Source: Macrostomum lignano
Taxonomy: Eukaryota
NCBI GenBank assembly: GCA_002269645.1
Contig: NIVC01000396.1
Span: forward strand, 248,001 to 312,000
Direction: 5' to 3'
Length of the DNA: 64,000 nucleotides
The position numbers and the translations under genes were made by a program. Below are positions 51,795 through 64,000 of the stretch, piece after piece (the stretch's first letter is position 1; the number at the start of each line of letters is the position of its first letter). Below the pieces are notes generated by a model that was not told where the DNA came from, did no database searches, and was given only the letters and a program-made list of their open reading frames with translations.

Positions 51795-52327
51795 GGGCTG
51801 GGGGCATACTCTGTGTCTTCTCTGCTAATATACAACACTCATACCCTCTCACGCACCCTCTCTCACACCCCTATTACAACCACTCTCATATCTCTCACAC
51901 CCTCTCTCTCACACCTTCTCTTATACCCTCACACACATTCTCTCTCACACCCTCTGTCACACCCTCTCTCTCCCCTCTCTCACTCTCTCTCACACTCTCT
52001 CTCACCCTCTCTTTCACACTCTCTCACACACCCTCTCACACACCCTCTCACACACCCTCTCACACACTCTCTCACACACCCTCTTACACACCCTCTCACA
52101 CACCCTCTCACACACTCTCTCACACACCCTCTCACACACTCTCTCACACACCCTCTTACACACCCTCTCACACACCCTCTCACACACTCTCTCACACACC
52201 CTCTCACACACTCTCTCACAAACCCTCCTCACACACCCTCTCACACACCCTCTCACACACTCTCTCACAAACCCTCCTCACACACCCTCTTCACACCCTC
52301 TTCACATCCTTTCTCGTGCTTTCTCTT

Positions 52328-55382
<3,055 letters not shown>

Positions 55383-55422
55383 TTAAATTTTCCTTCTCAT
55401 ACCCTCTCTCACACCCACTCTC

Positions 55423-55558
<136 letters not shown>

Positions 55559-56019
55559 TTATCGCTAGGGGAGAGAGAGAGATTTTTCTGCAAAGCCGCA
55601 AAAATGAAAAAAGCCAAATGTGCTCAGGAACCCCTTGGCTACATGAAGATTGCGATTGCTTAAATTGCAAAACTGATTGCTAAAATTAGACTTGAATTAG
55701 ACTCAAATTGCAGAGTCAGTGCAAAGGCACTCGAGTTGGGTTGGCTTTTGTTTTCTAAGAAATATTGCTGTCGCTCCAATCCCAAATATTAGTAGTGCCA
55801 ATTTTCTAATAGGCATAGAAACACAGACAAGCGAATCCTGACTTTGTCTGAAAGCAGAAACTGTAAAAATAGAAAATATTTAGAACGGCTTTGAAAAACA
55901 AAAAATGAACTTCAATTGTGTTTTTACGAGCAAGTTGAATCACTTTACTAAATAGGAGCTTTGTAACTGGATTTTCTTTAAAGCAGAAATTAAATTGCTG
56001 GACACAACAGCAACACAAC

Positions 56020-56225
56020 AGGACACCCACCCACCTCTCACCTGCTATCCTATCCACCCACCTCATTTTCTACTCTCACCTGTTACCCACCCCACCTCAT
56101 TTCCTACTCTCACCTGTTACCCACCCACCTCATTTCCTACTCTCACCTGTTACCCACCCAGCTCATTTTCTACTCTCACCTGTTACCCACCCACCTCATT
56201 TTCTACTCTCACCTGTTACCTGTTC
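56020..56225. repeat. about 33-bp tandem repeat (CTCACCTGTTACCCACCCACCTCATTTTCTACT)
   Basis: About 5 copies. Confidence 0.8.
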
Positions 56226-56263
56226 ACCTACTCTCAACTGAACCCAACTACCAAACCTCCCAG

Positions 56264-56540
56264 ACCGGCTGAATATGTCCTATCCTGACCTGAAGTCCGT
56301 GGAGTTCGGCCTAGCTCATTTCGGCGGCCAAGGCGAGCCGGTGCTGACGGCGCATCCAATTCACGACACCAGCCGTCGGTTTGGCAACCTCGCCAACCTC
56401 AACGCCGGCCTAGTGAAAGTCCGACTGAACGGCACCTCAGTGCACCAGTTCGACGTACTCAAAGCGCTAGTGGCGCTGCAGACTCAGTACGCATGGGAGC
56501 CTCTGGCGCAGAAGCATATCTTCCTCTTCTCGTGTCAGAC
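56264..56540 (+). CDS. LLTP exon 9 (C-terminal vWA-like region)
   Basis: Acceptor CTCCCAG|AC matches phase 1 from exon 8. SVEFGLAHFGG...KHIFLFSC. Donor AC|GTGAGT. Confidence 0.78.
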
Positions 56541-56569
56541 GTGAGTGACGTCGCCTACTTAAAACTCCC

Positions 56570-57060
56570 ATAAAAAACCACCCCAATTCCTACCCCCATA
56601 GACAGCCACCCCAATTCGTACCCCCATAGTCAGCCACCCAATTCCTACCCCCATAGTCAGCCACCCAATTCCTACCCCCATAGTCAGCCACCCAATTCCT
56701 ACCCCCATAGTCAGCCACCCAATTCCTACCCCCATAGACAGCCACCCCAATTCCTACCCCCATAGTCAGCCACCCAATTCCTACCCCCATAGACAGCCAC
56801 CCCAATTCCTACCCCCATAGTCAGCCACCCCAATTCCTACCCCCATAGACAGCCACCCCAATTCCTACCCCCATAGTCAGCCACCCAATTCCTACCCCCA
56901 TAGTAAGCCACCCAATTCCTACCCCCATAGACAGCCACCCCGATTCCTTCACCATAGACAGCCACCCTGCCTACCCCATAGACAGCCACCCCAATTCCTA
57001 CCCCCATAGACAGCCACCCAAATTCCTACCCCCATAGACAGTAACTTCAATTCCTACCCT
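56570..57060. repeat. 27-28-bp minisatellite (CCTACCCCCATAGACAGCCACCCCAATT)n
   Basis: Direct tandem units. Confidence 0.92.
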
Positions 57061-57163
57061 TACAGACAGCCACCACAACTTCTGCCCATATAAAGAGCAA
57101 CCCCTATTTCTACCCTCACCCCACCCTATTTGAACCCCATACTCGTATTCTCCAACCTCGCAG

Positions 57164-57426
57164 GTGCACTGCCCGATCCTGGGACTACGCCAGAGCATTC
57201 GACAAAGCATTCAAAGTAGTTAGCAGCGAAATCTTTTTGCACGTTCTCACCAAGCGAGGCATCCCAAGGCCGACTCGCATCAATGATTGGCTGCAAAATC
57301 TGATTGGCTACGACCGGAGGGAGGTTTTCTACTCGGACAGGCGGGCCGAGCCAATCGGAAGCCTGACGGCGCTGAACCCCAGCGGCGACTGCAGCTCCGA
57401 ACTGGCGATGGACTCGCATAACAAAG
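57164..57426 (+). CDS. LLTP exon 10 (3' end by GC donor at 57427, or alternatively GT at 57505)
   Basis: Acceptor CTCGCAG|G matches phase 2. Ends PSGDCSSELAMDSHNK. Both candidate donors are phase 1. Confidence 0.7.
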
Positions 57427-57579
57427 GCAAGGGGAATTGGGGCAGCTGTCTTGAGAAATGGCGAGAGGGAGGGAGAAGCAAGAAGAAAAAGGAGAGAAAG
57501 AGAGGTGATTGAGTCATACAGGGGATTGGGGAAGGTTTTATTGAGTGGCTGATGAAGAGTCATATAGAGGATTGATGGT

Positions 57580-58630
57580 GGGTGGCAGAGGGTCAGGAGA
57601 TGGCAGAGGGTCAGGGTGGCAGAAGGTGGCAGAGGGTCAGGGTGGCAGAGAGTGGCAGAGGTGGCAGAGGGTCAGGGTGGCAGAGAGTGGCAGAAGGTGG
57701 CAGAGGGTCAGGGTAGCAGAGGGTGGCAGAGGGTCAGGGGTGGCAAAGGGTGGCAGAGGGCGGCAGAAGGTGGCAGAGGGTGGCAGAGGGTGGCAGAAGG
57801 TGGCAGAGGGTCAGGGTGGCAGAGGGTCAGGGGTGGCAGAGGGTGGCAGAGGGTGGCAGAGGGTGGCAGAGGGTGGCAGAGGGTGGCAGAGGGTGGCAGA
57901 GGGTGGCAGAGGGTGGCAGAGGGTGGCAGAGGGTGGCAGAGGGTGGCAGAGGGTGGCAGAGGGTGGCAGAAGGTGGCAGAGGGTGGCAGAGGGTGGCAGA
58001 AGGTGGCAGAAGGTGGCAGAGGGTGGCAGAGGGTGGCAGAGGGTGGCAGAGGGTGGCAGAGGGTGGCAGAGGGTGGCAGAGGGTGGCAGAGGGTGGCAGA
58101 GGGTGGCAGAGGGTGGCAGAAGGTCGCAGAGGGTGGCAAAGGGTGGCAAAGGGTGGCAGAGGGTGGCAGAGGGTGGCAGAGGGTGGCAGAAGGGTGGCAG
58201 AGGGTGGCAGAAGGTCGCAGAGGGTGGCAGAGGGTGGCAGAAGGTGGCAGAAGGTGGCAGAGGGTGGCAGAGAGTGGCAGAGGGTGGCAGAGGGTGGCAG
58301 AGGGTGGCAGAAGGTCGCAGAGGGTGGCAGAGGGTGGCAGAAGGTCGCAGAGGGTGGCAGAGGGTGGCAGAGGGTGGCAGAGGGTGGCAGAGGGTCAGGG
58401 GTGGTAGAGGGTGGCAGAGGGTCAGGGGTGGCAGAGGGTCAGGGGTGGCAGAGGGTGGCAGAGGGTCAGGGGTGGTAGAGGGTGGCAGAGGGTGGCAGAG
58501 GGTGGCAGAAGGTGGCAGAAGGTGGCAGAAGGTGGCAGAGGGTGGCAGAGGGTGGCAGAGGGTGGCAGAGGGTGGCAGAGGATGGCAGAGGGTGGCAGAG
58601 GGTGGCAGAGGGTGGCAGAGGGTGGCAGAG
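57580..58630. repeat. 10-bp G-rich minisatellite (GGTGGCAGAG)n
   Basis: About 100 tandem units. Confidence 0.95.
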
Positions 58631-58680
58631 CCGCAGAGGAAATGACAGCAGCTGCTCCTCCCGCACCTGCCCACCCGCAG

Positions 58681-58862
58681 CCAGCGGCACTGTGTGGCAC
58701 CTTGACAGATTCGCAGCGAGCCGGTCCCACAGCGTGAAAATCAGTCGCCGAATTTTCGCATGGCTGCAGACCCGACTGGAGCGGCCGCTCTGCCAGCGGT
58801 GCAGCTGCGCCCTCTCCGACAGCCTCGTTGGCCAGCCGCGGTGCCAGGCGGACAACTGCTAG
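58681..58862 (+). CDS. LLTP exon 11 (last), Cys-rich terminus
   Basis: Acceptor CCCGCAG|CC. SGTVWHLD...PLCQRCSC...QPRCQADNC* has the CxxCxC...C ending seen in apolipophorin-like LLTPs. Confidence 0.8.
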
Positions 58863-59149
58863 TGAGGCAACGGGTACTGTACACCCAGCACACTCCACAG
58901 GTTGCTCATTTGTCGCACATCTTGTATCGAATATCATTTCGTTTCGGTTTTTGCATCCGGATTGACGATTCATTCGCTTCATCACAGAGCTGATTTGGTT
59001 GTCATTTTTGCGCGAGTGATTCTCGGAAAATTGGGTTCTTGGCCGCTGACATTGATAGGATCTGTTGCTCTCTTAAATTAAAAAATACACCCGATTATGT
59101 AAATTCGGAGATCAGTGAGTTTCGATTAAGAATCAATTCATATTCACCA

Positions 59150-60300
59150 AAATATGGGCCAATTCATTCACCGATTTGTGTCAGTTCATTCACTAATTCG
59201 TGTCAGTTCATTCACCAACCTGTGTCAATTCATTCACCAACCTGTGTCACTCAATATTCACCAACCTGTGTAAGTTCATTCACCAACCTGTGTCAATTCA
59301 TTCACCAACCTGTGTCACTCAATATTCACCAACCTGTGTAAGTTCATTCACCAACCTGTATCAATTCATTCACCAACCTGTGTCACTCAATATTCACCAA
59401 CCTGTGTAAGTTCATTCACCAACCTGTGTCAGTTCATTCACCAATCTGTGTAAGTTCATTCACCAACCTGTGTCAATTCATTCACCAACCTATGTCACTC
59501 AATATTCATTAACCTGTGTAAGTTCATTCACCAACCTGTGTCAATTCATTCACCAACCTATGTCACTCAATATTCATTAACCTGTGTAAGTTCATTCACC
59601 AACCTGTGTCAATTCATTCACCAACCTATGTCACTCAATATTCATTAACCTGTGTAAGTTCATTCACCAACCTGTGTCAATTCATTCACCAACCTATGTC
59701 ACTCAATATTCATTAACCTGTGTAAGTTCATTCACCAACCTGTGTCAATTCATTCACCAACCTATGTCACTCAATATTCATTAACCTGTGTAAGTTCATT
59801 CACCAACCTGTGTCAATTCATTCACCAACCTGTATCAATTCATTCACCAACCTGTGTCACTCAATATTCACCAACCTGTGTAAGTTCATTTACCAACCTG
59901 TGTCAGTTCATTCACCAACCTGTGTCAGTTAATTCACCAACGTGTGTCAATTCATTCACCAACCTGTGTAAGTTCATTCACCAACCTGTGTCAATTCATT
60001 CAACAACCTGTGTCAATTCATTCACCGATTTGTGTTAGTTCATTCACCAAAATGTGTCAGTTCATTCACCAGAATGTGTCACTCCATATTCACCAACCTG
60101 TGTCACTCCATATTAACCAACCTGAGTCACTCCATATTCACCAACCTGAGTCACTCCATATTCACCAACCTGAGTCACTCCATATTCACCAACCTGAGTC
60201 ACTCCATATTCACCAACCTGAGTCACTCCATATTCACCAACCTGAGTCACTCCATATTCACCAACCTGAGTCACTCCATATTCACCAACCTGAGTGAATT
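59150..60300. repeat. compound 22/24-bp minisatellite built on ATTCACCAACCTG
   Basis: Higher-order tandem units between the converging LLTP and neuropeptide 3' ends. Confidence 0.92.
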
Positions 60301-60573
60301 TCACTCCCTTAATCACTCCCAGCGATCCAATCCAGGCTATACTAAGTGCCACCCCAAGACCCAATTTATCTCGGCTATATCCGGGCATCCTATTTTCATT
60401 CGGCATTCTGTTTATAGTAATAATAAGTCGTGCCAATTTATTGATGTCATTTACGGTGCACCGCCACACACAACACACGAGTTCATAATTCAGGAAGCCT
60501 ACAGAGGATAACAGATTATTTATATATTTTCCCCAATGCACCGCGGCAAGTGGGACTTCAATGGTAGCATATA

Positions 60574-60579
60574 TTTATT
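60574..60579 (-). terminator. candidate AATAAA polyadenylation signal for the neuropeptide gene
   Basis: TTTATT on + about 150 nt downstream of the stop. The hexamer is common in AT-rich DNA. Confidence 0.3.
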
Positions 60580-60727
60580 AATAAGTAGAGACAGCTAAAC
60601 AATTAGCTGTTGCCATTGGAGCAACTCCGCATCGCTTGGTACAAGCTGTCTGTCCATTATTTTTACAAGCTCAAAAGGACTTTAAAATGATGACAAAAAT
60701 GGCGCCAAGAATGGCCGGCCGGTGCCG

Positions 60728-61039
60728 TCAGCCGAACCGGGGCCGGTTCACAGCCCACAGGTGGTGATAGTGGCTGCTCAGGAACGCCTTGGCGTCCCTC
60801 TCCGACCTGAACAGCAGCACCTTGTCTCGCACTTGCACCAGCCAGCCGCTGCGCTTGCCGACAGCTCTGACGCTGACTTCATGGGTGACGTCACGGGCTG
60901 GCGCCTCCGACAGCGCCGAAAACTGCAGAGGCGCCGCTTTAGCGCCGCCGGTCACCAGCAGCAGCAGCGGCAGCAGCAACAGCGGCAGCAACGGCTTCTT
61001 CGAGTCGCAGACGGCGGTAGGGGCAGCTCTGCTGGACAT
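60728..61039 (-). CDS. NPY/NPF-family neuropeptide precursor (103 aa)
   Basis: Hydrophobic signal (PLLPLLLLPLLLLVTGGAKA), KR site, then 39-mer SGWLVQVRDKVLLFRSERDAKAFLSSHYHHLWAVNRPRF, G amide donor and stop. Confidence 0.8.
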   Translation of the reverse strand: MSSRAAPTAVCDSKKPLLPLLLLPLLLLVTGGAKAAPLQFSALSEAPARDVTHEVSVRAVGKRSGWLVQVRDKVLLFRSERDAKAFLSSHYHHLWAVNRPRFG

Positions 61040-62059
61040 CCCGCAGCAGCAATAGCAGTTCTTGAATGATTTACCTGGACTGTTCTCGTTAGGACTCTGA
61101 AATTTCCTCCTTGGGACGGGGCACAGCAGCTCGACTCCTGTGGAGACTTTTATGAGCTGGGCTTGGGGGTGGGGCGGCAGTGCGTGGGCGGAGGCTGCTC
61201 TTGCATTTGTCTAAGAGCTATGGGCAGCGACTCAATCTGATTGGCTGCGGAGCAGGCCACCATGTGGCTGCATTGGCTCTGTTAAAATGTAATGCATGGA
61301 TTTAATTACTGAAATGTGACCTACACAAATTGCATTTCAAAAAATTTGAATAGCTTTTAAAAACATTCGATCTCAGACTGGCTGCTCACTGGCCGGTTGA
61401 GCACGCATCAAATGGCAGCTATTCTTATAGAGAAACAGGCTCACTTGCTAGCACTTTCAACAATCAATCAACTCTTACTAGTAGATTCTTTAGTACAAAG
61501 GAACTCATCTTCGAAAGAAGAAATGAGCACAAATGAAATAATAACTCTTGTTAGGTTTCTTGGGAGTGATTTTGTTAGTTATTCATTCGGCCTTCAAAAG
61601 ACTTACGATTGAGCGCCGCACAGACAGGTACTTACCATTAGGCCAGAGGGCTCAATCCACTTATTTTTTAAACTTTGCAGAATAACGCAGATAACTTAAA
61701 ACGCACTAAAGTACTTCGGATCCAAGGAATCTTTTCTCACAGTTTATTCTACTATAGAAGCTCATAGGTAATGCGACATCATTGCAGCATCATTAACAAG
61801 GAAACTATAGTAGAGAGTGACAGCTGCGACTCGCTTCGGCCAGAAATAGGCGGCGTTTCTCCCCCTTCTGATAAAGAAGAGCAGAGACTGCTGAAAAGTT
61901 CTGTTTGATACTCGGAGACTCAAGCAGCAGCCTCCTCTCCGAGCCCGATGAAGCCTGAAAAAGTTGCCGCACTTTGGCACTGACTGCGGGTCTTCCACCT
62001 AACGCATTTCAGTGTAATTTCTCTCGCTTTCAAGCCTTGGGCAGCAGAGGTTAATAAAA

Positions 62060-62220
62060 CTGACCGACTGACTGACTGTCTGACTGACTGACTGACTGAC
62101 TGACTGACTGACTGACTGACTGACCGACTGACTGACTGACTGACTGACCGACTGACTGACTGACTGACTGACCGACTGACCGACTGACTGTCTGACTGAT
62201 TGACTTTCTTGTTTGTTTGT

Positions 62221-62257
<37 letters not shown>

Positions 62258-62347
62258 TGACTGACTGATTGACCTTGTTTGTTTGTCTGACTGACTGACT
62301 GACTGACTGACTGATTGACTGACTGATTGACCTTCTTGTTTGTTTGT

Positions 62348-62384
<37 letters not shown>

Positions 62385-62416
62385 TGACTGACTGATTGAC
62401 CTTCTTGTTTGTTTGT

Positions 62417-62453
<37 letters not shown>

Positions 62454-62474
62454 TGATTGACCTTGTTTGTTTGT

Positions 62475-62511
<37 letters not shown>

Positions 62512-62690
62512 TGATTGACCTTCTGATTGGTTGTCTGACTGACTTACTGACTGATTGGCTGACTGACTGACTGACTGACTGTCTGACTGACTGTCTGACT
62601 GACTGACTGACTGATTGATTGATTGACTGACTGACTGACTGACTGACTGACTGACTGTCTAACCGAATGGCTGACTGACTGACCTTGTGA
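62060..62690. repeat. (CTGA)n tetranucleotide array with (TTTG) interruptions
   Basis: Direct tandem units. Confidence 0.95.
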
Positions 62691-63574
62691 TTGGTTGCCT
62701 GACAGGCTGACTTACTGACAGTTCAGCAACGGAAAGATAAAGCACGAGACAAAGTGCACTCTCCCAGAATATCCCAAGTAGCTCATACATTTATATCATA
62801 AAACATCATTCCCTCGTCACTAGAATCCAAAATCTGATATTTAAATTTTGAAAGCTGACAGAACGCATCCTGGCGGGCGCAGGTGTCAGCCAGAGACAGC
62901 GGAACGGACGGGGCAAGTGGCACCTAATTAATCGTGGAGACAGGGGGAGCTGAAGAGCGCTATTCTTATCTCTAATCTTATCTGGCACGTGCCGCCTCGG
63001 AATAGGGGAGCATCTAAAGGTGGACGCCCAACTACAATATGTTTGTTGAGCTAAATTCGTATTTTAGCCACATTGCAGATAAAAAAGTTAAACTTCCACT
63101 GGCTAGACATGAGTTTAGTGCAGAAACACTTTGTGCCACAAATTCGGGATAAAAATGTGGAGATTCATTGTTCAATTTTCAGTTCATTACAGGTGTCGAG
63201 TCGCGCCCAGTAAACGATGACAAGGCCGCCCGTAGGCTTGGTTTGAGTCAAGTACGAAGTTGTGTATTTGAGACGAGCGAATTATTGCAAAGATTGTGAG
63301 ATACGAGGTGGTAGGTGGCGAGACCAATATATAGGCTTAAAAGACAAACAAGTAAGTGGGCTTAAAACTCAGAATCGATCACTACTGAATATTATCATGT
63401 CAAGGGGGAGAGAGAGAGAAAGTACGCAGAGCAGCGTACACCGGAGTAGGCCGGTTTGGTTAGTTAGGCTGGCTGGCTAGTTAGAGTTACTCATTATTGG
63501 ACTCAGGTGAGTCAGGTGCAGTGCAGTACATCAAAACACGCCCGGCACCTCAACAGGATCTTTCAAGGGTTGAT

Positions 63575-64000
63575 TAGGGATCTCTGAGGCAGCTCACTTT
63601 TAGGGATCTCTGGGGCAGCTCACCTTTAGGGATCTCTGGGGCAGCTCACTTTTAGGGATCTCTGGGGCAGCTCACTTTTAGGGATCTCTGGGGCAGCTCA
63701 CTTTTAGGGATCTCTGGGGCAGCTCACTTTTAGGGATCTCTGGGGCAGCTCACTTTTAGGGATCTCTGGGGCAGCTCACTTTTAGGGATCTCTGGGGCAG
63801 CTCACTTTTAGGGATCTCTGGGGCAGCTCACCTTTAGGAATCTCTGGGGCAGCTCACCTTTAGGGATCTCTGAGGCAGCTTACTTTTAGGGATATCTCGG
63901 GCAGCTCACCTTTAGGGATCTCTGAGGCAGCTTACTTTTAGGGATCTCTGGGGCAGCTCACTTTTAGGGATCTATGGGACAGCTCACTTTTAGGGATCTC
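63575..64000. repeat. 26-bp minisatellite (CAGCTCACTTTTAGGGATCTCTGGGG)n running off the right edge
   Basis: Direct tandem units. Confidence 0.95.

Larger units (their letters stand above)
47732..51837 (-). mobile_element. Ty3/gypsy (Mag-like) LTR retrotransposon, internally rearranged and defective, 5-bp TSD CTCAT
   Basis: TSD at 47727-47731 and 51838-51842. PR FQLDTGAD; RT VYIDD; RNase H LQTDASKYG/LVTDHKPL; integrase HHCC and D-D-E; GPLSY motif. PR/RT frameshift at about 51210, TAA at 48436. Confidence 0.92.

Noticed and set aside
57545-58680. Repetitive AEGGRGWQRV ORFs
   Set aside because: Translation of a 10-bp intronic repeat. Only 58681-58862 is exon.

Overview
This is eukaryotic (animal) genomic DNA, not prokaryotic. 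GC/CpG-rich exons alternate with introns full of micro- and minisatellites. The style resembles a free-living flatworm such as Macrostomum; this is an inference and was not checked. Host genes: (1) the start of an unidentified gene at the left edge (-); (2) a complete 4-exon peroxin-3 gene, PEX3 (-, 2614-7075, about 396 aa); (3) an 11-exon large lipid transfer protein of the apolipophorin/apoB/vitellogenin superfamily (+, 21978-58862, about 4120 aa), with a 7.4-kb exon carrying two compensating frameshifts, a furin site, and VWD-C8 plus C-terminal vWA-like regions; (4) a single-exon NPY/NPF-type neuropeptide precursor (-, 60728-61039). Fragments: an orphan ROR-type kinase exon, a PHD+FLYWCH transposon-like pseudogene, and a roughly 9-kb strongly CpG-depleted block with a decayed gypsy integrase. 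Mobile elements: an Ingi-like LINE with an HDV-like ribozyme fold, a 2A StopGo motif, two PHD fingers, APE, RT and RNase H; a rearranged Mag-like Ty3/gypsy element with a tRNA-Ser PBS; a 5'-truncated LOA-like LINE; and a long-TIR MITE. The most unusual observation is a structured 59-bp element present twice, 45 kb apart, each copy with its own target-site duplication. One copy sits in frame inside a coding exon and has GT...AG ends. All alignments, folds and splice sites were read by eye; no searches were run.
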